64,000 nt of DNA from Nostoc sp. (GCA_036918135.1 JBALDB010000056.1:128001-192000), one strand, 5' to 3'. Shown: positions 22,897 through 33,435, counted from the first letter of the stretch. Notes: generated from the letters alone by a model not told the origin. Translations and numbers: made by a program.

Positions 22897-22940
22897 AAGG
22901 ACACTTGGCGAAGACGGAAACCGTTTTTGCCAGTGTCCTT
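22897..22940 (-). terminator. Hairpin downstream of ndhQ
   Basis: aaggacacttggc...gccagtgtcctt inverted repeat. Confidence 0.5.
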
Positions 22941-22957
22941 GTCAGCTAATAATAGTT

Positions 22958-23098
22958 TTAGTTTAGTGCATAGGCGGCTTGCAGCGCCCAGATAATCAGA
23001 GCAGCGATCGACCCCAGAAGCAACACGGTAGAGATAGTGACTACTTTTGGAGAATCTGCACCCTCAAATTTCATAATTCCTCGATTTAAGTCGGACAC
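22958..23098 (-). CDS. ndhQ: NDH-1L small subunit NdhQ (46 aa, not in ORF track)
   Basis: GTG start after AGGAGG; MSDLNRGIMKFEGADSPKVVTISTVLLLGSIAALIIWALQAAYALN matches the NRGIMKFxGADSP plus TM pattern. Confidence 0.88.
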   Translation of the reverse strand: MSDLNRGIMKFEGADSPKVVTISTVLLLGSIAALIIWALQAAYALN

Positions 23099-23271
23099 AG
23101 CTTTGTAATCCTCCTGTTGTGTTAGGGCATCAAATATTTGTCCGTCTTGATTGTAGTCTTTCTTTTTGGGAATGACGTTAAATTCCTAATACTATTTTGT
23201 TTAAGCTTTGCAACTTCTCCATCGCCACAATTACTTACTTGTCTAGGGGAATTGGTTTTATTGATACAAAG

Positions 23272-23395
23272 TGGGAAGTGGGGGAATGAGGGGCACAGAG
23301 GAGATGGAAAGAAATTCAAGGAGTGTGGGAGGAAAAGGAGGATGGGGAGGATGGGGAAGATGGGGAAGAAATCTTTCCCCCCACACCTCCCCACG
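23272..23395. repeat. G-rich inverted repeat element, same core as 11292-11450 in opposite orientation
   Basis: ggggaagaaatctttcccccc is the reverse complement of ggggggaaagatttcttcccc. Confidence 0.65.
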
Positions 23396-23504
23396 TACAG
23401 GGAGGGTTTGCCTAACTAAGCAAATGCTCTTTGAGGTGACGAGTGTATTGCAACGAAGTGATAGCTGCTATAACTAGTGCCTAATGACTAATGACCAATG
23501 ACAA

Positions 23505-24476
23505 ATGATAAAAGTAATGCTATTTGCAATTTTGGCGGTGGTTGTAGGATTGTTCGTTCTGTTAGAGATAGGATTGCGATCGCTCTTTGGCTTTGGGAAT
23601 CCCCTGATTTATGTTAGTGATGAGCAAATTGGTTATTTATTGGCTCCTAACCAGCGTACCCGTCGTTTTGGTAATCGCATTGAAATTAATCAGTATTCGA
23701 TGCGAGGTAGCCCAATTGCCAAGACACCTGCACCTTCTGTGCTGCGAGTTTTACTATTAGGTGATTCTATTGCTAATGGTGGTTGGTGGACAGATCGAGA
23801 TAATACAATATCCAGTTTGATGATGCGTTCTTTGGCATCATCAACTAACAGTAATTATCGGGAAGTAGAAGTGCTAAATGCTTCAGCTAACTCTTGGGGG
23901 CCAAGAAATGAATTAGCTTATTTACAGAAGTTTAGCAATTTTAACGCCCAAGTAATAGTATTACTAATTAATACCGATGATTTGTTTGCAACTGCTCCGA
24001 CTTCCTTACCAGTGGGACGCGATCGCAATTATCCAGATAGTAAACCACCTTTGGCATTGGTGGAAGTTTGGCAGCGTTATCTGACTAAGCAAAAGCCAAT
24101 TCCGGAAATCAAAGCAGTACATAACGAAGCAGGCGATCGCGTAGGGATTAATTTGGAAGCGATCGGTAAAATTCAACAGCTAACTCGTCAAACCAACAGC
24201 GAATTTTTGCTAGTCATGACTCCCTTACTGCGAGAAATTGGCGAACCAGGTTCCCGCGATTATGAAATCAAAGCACGCCAGCGCTTGAGCGATTTTGCTA
24301 AAGTGCAACAAATTAACTATATTGACTTTTTATCAATATTTAATTCAAATCCCGACCCTAAAGGTTTGTTTCACGACCACATTCACCTGAACTTGCAAGG
24401 CAATCAATTTGTCAGTGAAGTTATAGAGCGATCGCTTTTAGAAATCTTAACTAAGTCCCATTCGCAGATTCTTTAG
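23505..24476 (+). CDS. SGNH/GDSL hydrolase family protein with N-terminal membrane anchor
   Basis: LLLGDSIANG, NASANSWG, INTDD, DHIH. Confidence 0.85.
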   Translation: MIKVMLFAILAVVVGLFVLLEIGLRSLFGFGNPLIYVSDEQIGYLLAPNQRTRRFGNRIEINQYSMRGSPIAKTPAPSVLRVLLLGDSIANGGWWTDRDNTISSLMMRSLASSTNSNYREVEVLNASANSWGPRNELAYLQKFSNFNAQVIVLLINTDDLFATAPTSLPVGRDRNYPDSKPPLALVEVWQRYLTKQKPIPEIKAVHNEAGDRVGINLEAIGKIQQLTRQTNSEFLLVMTPLLREIGEPGSRDYEIKARQRLSDFAKVQQINYIDFLSIFNSNPDPKGLFHDHIHLNLQGNQFVSEVIERSLLEILTKSHSQIL

Positions 24477-24517
24477 CATTGTGTCTCAAAGTTTTCAGTA
24501 TTCTGATTTCTGTTTTC

Positions 24518-25132
24518 TTAACTTTCTCGAATCCAAAGTGCTAGTCCTCCGTCACGCCCACGAGCTGCAATAAAATCTTCTGTTACTAAAAAGAAGCCAA
24601 AGAAGGGTAGTTTAGCTATAGGCTGGCTATAAAAATCCTCAGACTGGACTTTACCAGAGCGAATCTGTCTGTTGTACACAACACGACCGAACAAACTGAT
24701 GAGTATACGATTAAAGTCAAATGCCAATAAATTTTTCTTGCCCATGTATTGCACTGGCCCAGTAAGCTTTAACAATATAGGGAGTAATTCAACCTGATTA
24801 CCAATTTCGCCTTTATCTAAATCTCGTTCTAAATTTGCACTAAAGGAAATGTGAATTGTAGCAAATTTGGGCACATACAAACCCTTGCCTAATACAATTC
24901 CTCCTCGTTCTCTAACTTTCTTCGTACCAGTAGCAAAGCAAAGCCGCCATTTTCCCAAAAGAGACTCAAACGGATAGTTTAGTCGTTGTTGCTTGGCAGC
25001 TTTTTCTGCTTGTAACAAGGCATTTACTAATGTTTCAGCACTAGGGCGTGTGTCTATCTGTCCTCGATACGCAGCCACAGCCTGGGATACCACAGTTATA
25101 AAGTCACTTGTAGATGTCAAATTAGCCGTCAT
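24518..25132 (-). CDS. Hypothetical protein, PAP/fibrillin-like fold possible
   Basis: Intact 204-aa ORF; LLGKWRLCFAT and terminal ARGRDGGLALW. Confidence 0.65.
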   Translation of the reverse strand: MTANLTSTSDFITVVSQAVAAYRGQIDTRPSAETLVNALLQAEKAAKQQRLNYPFESLLGKWRLCFATGTKKVRERGGIVLGKGLYVPKFATIHISFSANLERDLDKGEIGNQVELLPILLKLTGPVQYMGKKNLLAFDFNRILISLFGRVVYNRQIRSGKVQSEDFYSQPIAKLPFFGFFLVTEDFIAARGRDGGLALWIRES

Positions 25133-25194
25133 GAGAGCTTGATTATTTTTTGTAATATTTCAAAAGTGCGTAGTTTTCCGCCGTAGCATCGCTT

Positions 25195-25558
25195 CTATCC
25201 TAAAGTTAGCAATCCTACTGGAAAATCTACCACTAACCGCCGATTTCTTAGCCAAGGTAATCCTAATATAATTTCCCTGAATTCAGAACCAGCAATGGCT
25301 TCGACAGTAAACTCTTGTGCATCTAATACTACTGTTCCCAGATAGCTATTAAAAGATGCTTCGCCCATTCCTGTTACTACATCTCGCGCACTTAAAAACG
25401 GCCACTTTAAAAACTCTAAATCCTGCTCGTTAATTGCCAGCCTATTCTGTCGAGCCTGTATGAAGTAACGCCATGACTGGTAAAATCTCACCATTGTCAG
25501 CAATCAACTCAATCTCAAAAAATAACTGACCAATCTCGTCAAACTCACCTTGGATCGT
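25195..25558 (-). pseudogene. Clan AA aspartyl protease pseudogene
   Basis: Reconstruction (ACG)IQGEFDEIGQLFFEIELIADNGEILPVMALLHTGSTE*/LAINEQD...IILGLPWL; lost ATG, HTG in place of DTG, frameshift near 25443. Confidence 0.8.
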
Positions 25559-25872
25559 ATTCGACTACAGACCCCAGTTTCATTTAGCCGGAAAGTGAAA
25601 AATTTTGCCCGTGGATGTTTTTCAAGGGCTTTCTGAACTGCTGTTAAGCTATCTGGGTCGATGAAGTAGTCTCCACTGTCTGGTTCAATAACAATGAACC
25701 AGTTATAGTGCTTCTCGATTAACTCAGGGCGAAGTTTTTCAAAAATCGGGCGACAGCGCTGGCGAAAAGCTTTTAGTTCAGCTTTGCGTTTGGCTTGTTC
25801 TTCAACAGAGATAGTCAGTTCTGGAAATAATCTGCCTTGATGAGGTTGGCGATAAGAATTCAGTTGTGTCAT
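25504..25872 (-). CDS. Small hypothetical partner of the aspartyl protease (DUF5678-like); C-terminus extended by stop loss
   Basis: ELIEKHYNWFIVIEPDSGDYFID...FRLNETGVCSRI followed by CGA where TGA is expected (25555-25557). Confidence 0.7.
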   Translation of the reverse strand: MTQLNSYRQPHQGRLFPELTISVEEQAKRKAELKAFRQRCRPIFEKLRPELIEKHYNWFIVIEPDSGDYFIDPDSLTAVQKALEKHPRAKFFTFRLNETGVCSRIRSKVSLTRLVSYFLRLS

Positions 25873-26341
25873 CACTTTGATTTCCTGAGATTCTCTATTC
25901 AATATATCATTAGATTTATAGCTATTTTTTGATTTTATATAAATAGCGATCGCAGATAGTTCTCGAATTAAATTATCAACTTAATCTAATTATAATCTGA
26001 GCATTATTTTTTATTAAAAAACTTATAAATACACATCGATATAATTTTGATTGTTATTAATTAAATTAACTATAATATAGAAAAAATTATCTTTTCCTAG
26101 TACAAAAATTAGTTTTTCTTCGATAACAGGCAATAGGCAATCGTAGGGACTAGGGACTGAGGACTAGTATTTTTACTCAGCATTCGGTGAGAAGTCCTAT
26201 AGCTAGCCTGTACCAAGACTTTGGCGAAGTGCCTTCAGCCTTCTGCGTTCATCAACTATAATGTTAATCTGCAAAACTACCAGATATAGATTAGTAAACT
26301 TGTCTGGAAGGTACTTTTAGTTTGTTTAGGGGACTGGATCT

Positions 26342-29300
26342 ATGATTGAGCTTGGTTTATTAGTACAGTCCCAGAATAATAATTTGGGTATAGGAAAAGT
26401 TATCGAAATATCTGAGAATAATGCGAACGTTGAGTATTTTTGCTCTATGGGGCAACGTCTGAAAAAAACGTTACCTTTAAATTCGCTCTCTCAAGTTAGG
26501 CTTGAACCCCAAGCGCGATGCTATATCAAGTCCCAAACCCAAGATAAATGGCTCGTTGGCAGAATTTTCGCCTGGGATGAAGAGACAGAACTATATCAAG
26601 TTGATTTACCAGACAAGAAAACTGCAATTGTAACGGAAGAAGAAATTTACGTCCGTTGTAATTTACCGAACACAGACCCAATTGAAACTCTAGCAATGAA
26701 GGGTCATGAAACGCCCTACTTCCATGACAAAAGATTGGCTTTTGTCAAATCTTTGATTCAGCAACGCGCTGTCAGTCGCGGAATGACGGGACTGATTTCG
26801 GCAAATATTAACCTTTATCCTCATCAGGTAGAAGTTGTGCGGCGGGTACTAGAAGACCCAATTCAACGCTATATTTTAGCAGACGAGGTGGGACTTGGAA
26901 AAACCATTGAGGCGGGTGCAATTCTTCGTCAATTCCTGTTAGATGAACCAAAAAAAGGTGCAGTGGTAATAGTTCCGCAATATTTGCTGCAACAATGGCG
27001 GACTGAGTTAGAAAACAAGTTTTATATTTCTCATTTTCCCAAACGCGTGGCGGTAGTAGCGGTTGAAGATATTCACAAAATTAATCTCAGAGCTAAGATA
27101 GGCTGTTTAATATTAGATGAAGCGCATCATATCGCAGCGATGGCAACCTCTAAAGATGCAGCAGTACGCCAGCGTTTTGAGACTTGCAAACAACTGGCTC
27201 ATAAAAGCGATCGCTTGCTTTTATTATCCGCTACTCCTGTTGTGAATCACGAGCAAGATTTTTTAGCAATGTTGCATTTGCTCGACCCCACAACCTATAA
27301 ACTAGACGATATCGCAGGTTTTCGCGCTAAAGTTGCCAGCCGCCAGCGAATTGGGAAAGTTTTGCTTGCTTTGGAAGAAGATGCAAAGCCTCTTGTCTTG
27401 AAAAACAACTTACAAGAATTACGCAACCTATTTACTGAGGATAAGTATTTACTAAACTTAGCAGATGATTTAGAAAAATGTTTATCAGGAAATTCGGCTG
27501 AGCAAAATCAAATCATCCAAGCAATTCGCACCCACATCAGCGATACCTATCGATTACATCGGCGAATGCTTCGTAACCGTCGCGCTGCGGTAGAAGATGT
27601 GATATTTGACCGAAATTTTACACCAAAAGAAGAATACGATTTAGATGAGCGATCGCTGGAGATTCACGAACTCATCAATCAATGGCGTACTGTTGCTTCC
27701 AATCAAAAGCAATATCAACGAATTTTTCTGTTGTTATTCCTTGCTTCTGGTAGTTGGTTAGGGATTTTAGAACAAGTAATTACAACTCGTTTAACCGGAA
27801 AACCTCATGCTAAACTTATTGGGGAATTTAAAGAAGATGATATTCGCCTATTAACTACAACTCCCAAATTCGCAGGTGAAGAAGAGATTTTGCAATCTTT
27901 ACTGAAGATTATTCGTCAACCTGTAGAAGATGGAGAACGTAAAGAAAATCTCAGAACAGTACTGCTGAATCAACTAGGTACATACTTCAAAATTCCGCCA
28001 AATGTTCGCAGAAATCAAAAAGAATTTCTGACCAGGATACAGCAGAGAATTCGTAGACCAATAGCAGGCGAGATTTTCCCTAAATTTATTATATTTACCA
28101 GTTTTGTGCAAAGTTGTGCAGAAATTGTGCGCTATTTATCTGATACCTTTGGTACAGAGACAGTAGTCAGCCATCAATTTGGAGAATCACCAGACAAAGT
28201 TGAAGAAGGCTTAAATAGATTCAAAAACAATCCCAACTGCTTTATTCTAGTATGCGATCGCTCTGGAGAAGAAGGACGTAATCTCCAGTTTGCTGACTGG
28301 TTAATTCATTTCGACCTTCCTTGGTCACCTAATCAGTTAGAGCAAAGAATTGGCAGGCTTGACCGAATTGGTAGCAAAATTGGAGTCCAATCTTGTGTAT
28401 TGATTGGGCCTTATTTAGAAGATAGCCCCCACAATGCTTGGTATCAAGTATTAAAAGATGGATTTGGGATTTTTCAACAGTCAATTGCTAGTTTTCAGTT
28501 TTATGTAGATGACAAATTGCCAGAATTAGAAGCAGCTTTATTTGAATCAAGTGCTGTTGGACTGTTGCGTATGATTCAGCCAATCAAAGCACAAATTCAA
28601 GCCGAAATTGTCAAGATTAGCGAACAAAATGCTTTAGATGAAATTGATGCTACCGATGAAATTGCAACCGAGTATTTTCAAGATTTAGATAATTATGATG
28701 CTCGCCATTTAGAAATGAAGCGAGCAATTGAAGGTTGGATTTGTGACGCACTTAATTTCAAAGCAATCACTAATCCAGATTCATCAGAAATCAAACGTTA
28801 TCAACCAATAACCCGGACTTTAGTGCCGATAAATGAGTTAAAAACCCGTTTTGCTGACAGTTATTTAGACCAATTTGGTACATATAACCGCAGGATAGCA
28901 AATCAAAATTCTGGAATTAAACTTTTGCGAATTGGTGAAGGATTTGTAGAAGCATTGTTGAACTACATAGATTGGGATGACCGAGGTCAAGCCTTTGCCA
29001 TGTGGCGCACTGATACATCTTGGGATGCTAAAGAAGGCAAGGAATGGTTTGGTTTCCAATACAATTATATAGTCGAGACAAATTTGAAAATTGCCAAACA
29101 GGTTTTTATCGATTACAAACTCGATAATTCTCAATTTAAAATTTTGCAGCGACGTGTAGATGCTCTATTTCCGCCAATTATCGAAACTATCTATATTGAT
29201 GGTCGCAATGAGTCAATATCTGCTGTAGAAGATAAAATCCTGTTGAATATCTTGCAACGTCCATATAAAGACAAAAACAATTATCAACAACGAGATTACA

Positions 29301-29644
29301 ATCTAGCAAAAGAGCGCTTAGAAATTATTGACAATTTTGTAGACCCCAATAAATGGCAAAACTTTTGCTATCAAGTACGTAACGCTTCTTTAGCATTACT
29401 TACCAATCGTCCCGATTTGATAGAATTGTGCGAAAAATGTGCGAAAGTTGCCGAAAAAAAATTAGGCAATAGAGTCGAACAATTACGCTTACTGCTGAAT
29501 CAGCAAAGTTGGGATCAAACACTAGCTGAAGAACTCAAAATAGAAACTACTTTAAGTGCAGCTATTTTAGAAGGAATTCGCCAACCGCAAGTAAAACTTG
29601 ATTCTGTCGGTTTCATTATTGTATCTGGGCGATCGCTTGTCTAA
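26342..29644 (+). CDS. dpdE: SNF2/RapA-like SF2 helicase, most similar in layout to DpdE
   Basis: LYPHQ, LADEVGLGKT, LDEAHH, SATP, GEEGRNLQF, DLPWSPNQLEQRIGRLDRIG; N-terminal LGIGKV...VEYF domain. Helicase call firm, dpdE name from recall. Confidence 0.7.
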   Translation: MIELGLLVQSQNNNLGIGKVIEISENNANVEYFCSMGQRLKKTLPLNSLSQVRLEPQARCYIKSQTQDKWLVGRIFAWDEETELYQVDLPDKKTAIVTEEEIYVRCNLPNTDPIETLAMKGHETPYFHDKRLAFVKSLIQQRAVSRGMTGLISANINLYPHQVEVVRRVLEDPIQRYILADEVGLGKTIEAGAILRQFLLDEPKKGAVVIVPQYLLQQWRTELENKFYISHFPKRVAVVAVEDIHKINLRAKIGCLILDEAHHIAAMATSKDAAVRQRFETCKQLAHKSDRLLLLSATPVVNHEQDFLAMLHLLDPTTYKLDDIAGFRAKVASRQRIGKVLLALEEDAKPLVLKNNLQELRNLFTEDKYLLNLADDLEKCLSGNSAEQNQIIQAIRTHISDTYRLHRRMLRNRRAAVEDVIFDRNFTPKEEYDLDERSLEIHELINQWRTVASNQKQYQRIFLLLFLASGSWLGILEQVITTRLTGKPHAKLIGEFKEDDIRLLTTTPKFAGEEEILQSLLKIIRQPVEDGERKENLRTVLLNQLGTYFKIPPNVRRNQKEFLTRIQQRIRRPIAGEIFPKFIIFTSFVQSCAEIVRYLSDTFGTETVVSHQFGESPDKVEEGLNRFKNNPNCFILVCDRSGEEGRNLQFADWLIHFDLPWSPNQLEQRIGRLDRIGSKIGVQSCVLIGPYLEDSPHNAWYQVLKDGFGIFQQSIASFQFYVDDKLPELEAALFESSAVGLLRMIQPIKAQIQAEIVKISEQNALDEIDATDEIATEYFQDLDNYDARHLEMKRAIEGWICDALNFKAITNPDSSEIKRYQPITRTLVPINELKTRFADSYLDQFGTYNRRIANQNSGIKLLRIGEGFVEALLNYIDWDDRGQAFAMWRTDTSWDAKEGKEWFGFQYNYIVETNLKIAKQVFIDYKLDNSQFKILQRRVDALFPPIIETIYIDGRNESISAVEDKILLNILQRPYKDKNNYQQRDYNLAKERLEIIDNFVDPNKWQNFCYQVRNASLALLTNRPDLIELCEKCAKVAEKKLGNRVEQLRLLLNQQSWDQTLAEELKIETTLSAAILEGIRQPQVKLDSVGFIIVSGRSLV

Positions 29645-29761
29645 TTGGTAATTGGGAATAGGTAACTGACGATTACCCATTACCCATTACCCATTCATCC
29701 TGAGCCTCGCCGAAGCATTACCGACCCTCACAGATATCATAAGTATTAACCGGACATGATA

Positions 29762-30184
29762 TCACTGGGCTTGGATTTCTCCACCTTGGGGTTTTGATAG
29801 TGCCTTTAGTTCTTCCCAACTGTAATGAGGAGCTAATTCAATTGGTTTGCGATCGGCTCCTAATCTCAATCCTACTGTCGGCTGGAGTTCTTCAATAAAT
29901 TCCTCTGCGTACCCTATTAGTTTGTTGGCTGCAACTCCACCAGTAATTGCTCCTGCAACCCCACCAATCGCAGCACCTACCTTACCAGCGATTGAGCGAC
30001 CCAATGCCGCTCCTGCAATCCCACCTCCTGCTCCTCCTAATCCCGTTGCAATCACATGAGCATTAGAATCAGAGAAGGTTTGGTTTTGGCCTTCCAAATC
30101 AGTAGAATCAGCATTGGAGGATGTTTCAAGGGAAGTTTGGTTTTGGTTTTGTGCTTCCAAATCACGCTGTTTTTCGTTCATCAT
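29762..30184 (-). CDS. Glycine-zipper hypothetical protein
   Basis: GLGGAGGGIAGAALG...AIGGVAGAITGG; AGGAG RBS. Confidence 0.7.
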   Translation of the reverse strand: MMNEKQRDLEAQNQNQTSLETSSNADSTDLEGQNQTFSDSNAHVIATGLGGAGGGIAGAALGRSIAGKVGAAIGGVAGAITGGVAANKLIGYAEEFIEELQPTVGLRLGADRKPIELAPHYSWEELKALSKPQGGEIQAQ

Positions 30185-30597
30185 CTGTCTCTCCTAGAAA
30201 TAATTCCACTTGTAATACTAATTTAGTATCAAGCTGCATAGAAAAGAGTTTCTAAAATAAAGTTATAAGAGCAGATAGACATTACCTGCTCAAATGTTAA
30301 TTGGGCAAACAATTGTTGTATGCAAGTATGTAAGTATACAAAGAATAAAAAAGTTCATTATTAGGAATAAATAGATTTTCTTGCTCAAAATAATTAATAT
30401 TTGCCAAATTAATCTAAACTAATAGAATAAAACTCTCATTTTTTAACAAAGAGATATTAAAGATTCTATTTAATTAAATTGCAAGCAAAAACTAAAATAT
30501 CAATAAAATGGCAATAATGGCTGAAAGTTTGGATAACATGAGTGTTTTTAGACCCTGCCTCCTGCTTCATCCCAACCATAAATATTTACATCCACTT

Positions 30598-32226
30598 TTA
30601 AATATCTAATCCAAACACTGCTAATTCTGGCGGATGTTCAACAGTGAACTGATAATGAATCTCTCGCCGCTCCTCTATTGCAAAACTTAACTGCCATTCT
30701 AAAATACCCATTTCACCAAGTTGAATTTGTGGGTTAGTACGAATCAAACGCACTTTAATTTGCTCGTTGCGGCTTACAGGTAATTGTTCAGTTACTTTCA
30801 GATTTGCTTCTTTATCGAGTAAGTTAATAATTACTAATCGGTAACTATAAGTAATCCGGCGCTGGTTGCTAATTAGTCTTTTGTCTACCAGACGTTCAAC
30901 TAAGTCACGCTCAATTTTTAAACCTTCATCAATTCCTAAATTCAGTTTAAATTCTTGCCCTGGTGCAATATTTTCTAACCCAGTGCTACCGATAAAAACA
31001 TTATTGCGGAAAATATTCGCTTTACCTGGTAACAAAGTTGCACCGTTAGGACTATTTTTCACATTTGCTTGCAGATAAGCAAAACTTACCAAGCGCGGCA
31101 TTGCCACATAATCAAATTTACAAGAATAATCATCATTAAAAATAGTCGTTTTATGGGGTGCGCCATCGCTAGGAATGTTACCGCCACCATTTAATTTAAA
31201 GGTAACTACACTCCCTTCTTTGGATACTTCTGCTGCAACAATTTCCGCAGCGATTGGATTATCCTCTGTAACTTCGTCTTGTTCTTGCCAATTTTCTTCA
31301 CCAGCTGGAGCTGGTATGCTAGGCAGCATTGGTGACTGTGCAGCAAATCTTGCTCGTCGTTGTCGCGCTATTTGTAGACGTGGGGTATCAATATACCAAG
31401 GTTCAAGTTTGGGTGGAAGTGTACCTAAACCGGGTTTTGCTGTAGAAAGGGTGAGATTTGCACCAATCCAATCTTCGCCACTGCTTTGAGTAATTTCTGC
31501 AAGGTAACTCAAATGTACGATATCGCTCGTAGTGCTAAAACGCAAGTCATATAGCGGAGTCCAACTGGCGCGATTCACCAAGTATGATAGCTCTAGTTCA
31601 AACTCGCCTTCACCCGTAACTTCAACTGCTACAACTAAGCTTAAACTTTCTTTGGGATGCGGTGTTTGGATTTTTTGCAGTGAAGTGTGGAGTGCTTGCA
31701 GTTGTTTGTCTAATTCCTGCTGTTGACTTTTGCATTCTCCAGATGCGATTGCATATTCACCATACTGGCTTCCGAGAAAGTTGAGAAAATCCAAAGTTTC
31801 GCTTAGACTAAGATTTTTTCGCGACAAACTCTGTGCAAAAGGTTCCTCTGTTTTTTCGCGTAAACCTTCGATAAAACTAGACTGCAAAGCTAAAGCATCC
31901 ACTTGGGCTTGCAAATGGCGTTTTTCTGCTTCTAATTGCTGAATTTGCCTTGTCAAATGTGCTACTCTTTCTGCCACAGGTTCAGTAGTGTAAATGCGAT
32001 CGCTACTCACTCCCTGCAACCGTACCCCTACTGTACCCGTACCACCAACCCTGACAGACTCAGTTTCTAGAGTTATTGGCACTGGAGTAATTACTAATTC
32101 CCGTTCAACTCCTGTTAAATAAACTACACCCCGTCGTGTCACCAATACTCTATCAGCGTAGACTATAACAGCTACAATCTCGCTTTCTACTGTTTTGCGC
32201 CAAGAGTGAATTTCCGGGTTAACCAC
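30598..32226 (-). CDS. MuiA/DUF4140-DUF4139 family protein
   Basis: VIVYADRVLVTR, ASWTPLYDLR, QSSGEDW, LTLSTAKP, LGIDE. Confidence 0.85.
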   Translation of the reverse strand: MVNPEIHSWRKTVESEIVAVIVYADRVLVTRRGVVYLTGVERELVITPVPITLETESVRVGGTGTVGVRLQGVSSDRIYTTEPVAERVAHLTRQIQQLEAEKRHLQAQVDALALQSSFIEGLREKTEEPFAQSLSRKNLSLSETLDFLNFLGSQYGEYAIASGECKSQQQELDKQLQALHTSLQKIQTPHPKESLSLVVAVEVTGEGEFELELSYLVNRASWTPLYDLRFSTTSDIVHLSYLAEITQSSGEDWIGANLTLSTAKPGLGTLPPKLEPWYIDTPRLQIARQRRARFAAQSPMLPSIPAPAGEENWQEQDEVTEDNPIAAEIVAAEVSKEGSVVTFKLNGGGNIPSDGAPHKTTIFNDDYSCKFDYVAMPRLVSFAYLQANVKNSPNGATLLPGKANIFRNNVFIGSTGLENIAPGQEFKLNLGIDEGLKIERDLVERLVDKRLISNQRRITYSYRLVIINLLDKEANLKVTEQLPVSRNEQIKVRLIRTNPQIQLGEMGILEWQLSFAIEERREIHYQFTVEHPPELAVFGLDI

Positions 32227-32372
32227 TGCCAGTTTTCTCCCATTTTTAATGGTTCTGCTGGTTAATTGTTAATGTTTCTGGCTGTAACCGTCAACCCCTT
32301 TAAAGAATTCAAAATTAAATAACCAAAATTCAAACATTTTCCCAAGAGTACCCAATCCCAAATCAGCTAAGT

Positions 32373-33314
32373 TTATCCAGGAATTGCTTCAACGGTACTA
32401 TAGCTATAAGTAGCGTTTTGCTCTACAATAGTTTTCGCCGTAGCCAGCAGATAATCATAATAGGCACGAGCAACGATAGATAGCTGTTTTCCTGATGGGT
32501 AAACCATGTACCAATCTCGCTTAATAGGGAAATATTGAACATCTAAAATGCTGAACTCTGCTGCATCTAACAGTAAGGTATGGCGAGATAATACAGAAAT
32601 TCCTAAACCACCTACAATCGCTTGTTTAATTGCTTCATTACTTCCTAATTCCAGCTTGACTTTTACCTTTACCTCTTGTTCATCAAATAAGCTTTGGACA
32701 GCGCGACGGGTTCCCGAACCTGGTTCCCGCATAATAAAAGGTTCTTCAGCCAGACGTTGTATGGGAATATTTTTTTCTCTCGATAAACGATGATTAATCG
32801 GTGCAAAGACTATTAAAGGGTTTTCTAAAAATGGTTGGCAAGTTATATCCATATTCTCTGGAATTTGGCTCATAATATACAAATCATCCAAATTTTGAGT
32901 CATCCGTTCCAAAATTTGTTCGTGATTTGTGACTTGTAACGAGATATCTATTCCTGGATAAAGTTCGCAAAACCGCCCTAATAAACGAGGGATAAAATAC
33001 TTGGCTGTTGTAATCACTGCCAACCGTAGTTGTCCTTGTTTTAGCCCTTTTAAATCTGCTACCTTCATTTCAAACTGGGCTATATTATCAAAAATCTGCC
33101 GACAAGTAGCAAATAATTCTCTTCCTGCCTCTGTCAAATACAACCGCTTCCCCACCTGCTCAAATAATGGCAACCCTACGGATTTTGTCAGTTGCTTAAT
33201 CTGCATGGAAACAGTAGGTTGAGTGAGAAACAATTCCTCAGCAGCACGAGTAAAGCTACTGTGCCGTGCCGCTGCCTCGAACACTTTTAACTGGTGCAGC
33301 GTCGCTTGATTCAA
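32373..33314 (-). CDS. cmpR: LysR-type carbon regulator (CbbR family), CmpR by position downstream of ccmO
   Basis: TLHQLKVFEAAARHSSFTRAAEELFLTQPTVS, REPGSGTR; probable TTG start at 33314. Confidence 0.8.
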   Translation of the reverse strand: MNQATLHQLKVFEAAARHSSFTRAAEELFLTQPTVSMQIKQLTKSVGLPLFEQVGKRLYLTEAGRELFATCRQIFDNIAQFEMKVADLKGLKQGQLRLAVITTAKYFIPRLLGRFCELYPGIDISLQVTNHEQILERMTQNLDDLYIMSQIPENMDITCQPFLENPLIVFAPINHRLSREKNIPIQRLAEEPFIMREPGSGTRRAVQSLFDEQEVKVKVKLELGSNEAIKQAIVGGLGISVLSRHTLLLDAAEFSILDVQYFPIKRDWYMVYPSGKQLSIVARAYYDYLLATAKTIVEQNATYSYSTVEAIPG

Positions 33315-33419
33315 GGGAGATTCTCCTGTAAATAGCAATTCATAGATATATATCTAGTATTACTGAACAGTTGCAATTTATATAGCGATGCTTATAGAAA
33401 GTCGGGGGTTTTATTTATT

Positions 33420-33435
33420 ATAGATAAAACTCTAT
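33420..33435. promoter_or_regulatory. CbbR-family LysR operator-like palindrome ATAG-N8-CTAT upstream of cmpR
   Basis: ATAGataaaactCTAT about 105 bp upstream of the regulator. Confidence 0.55.
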
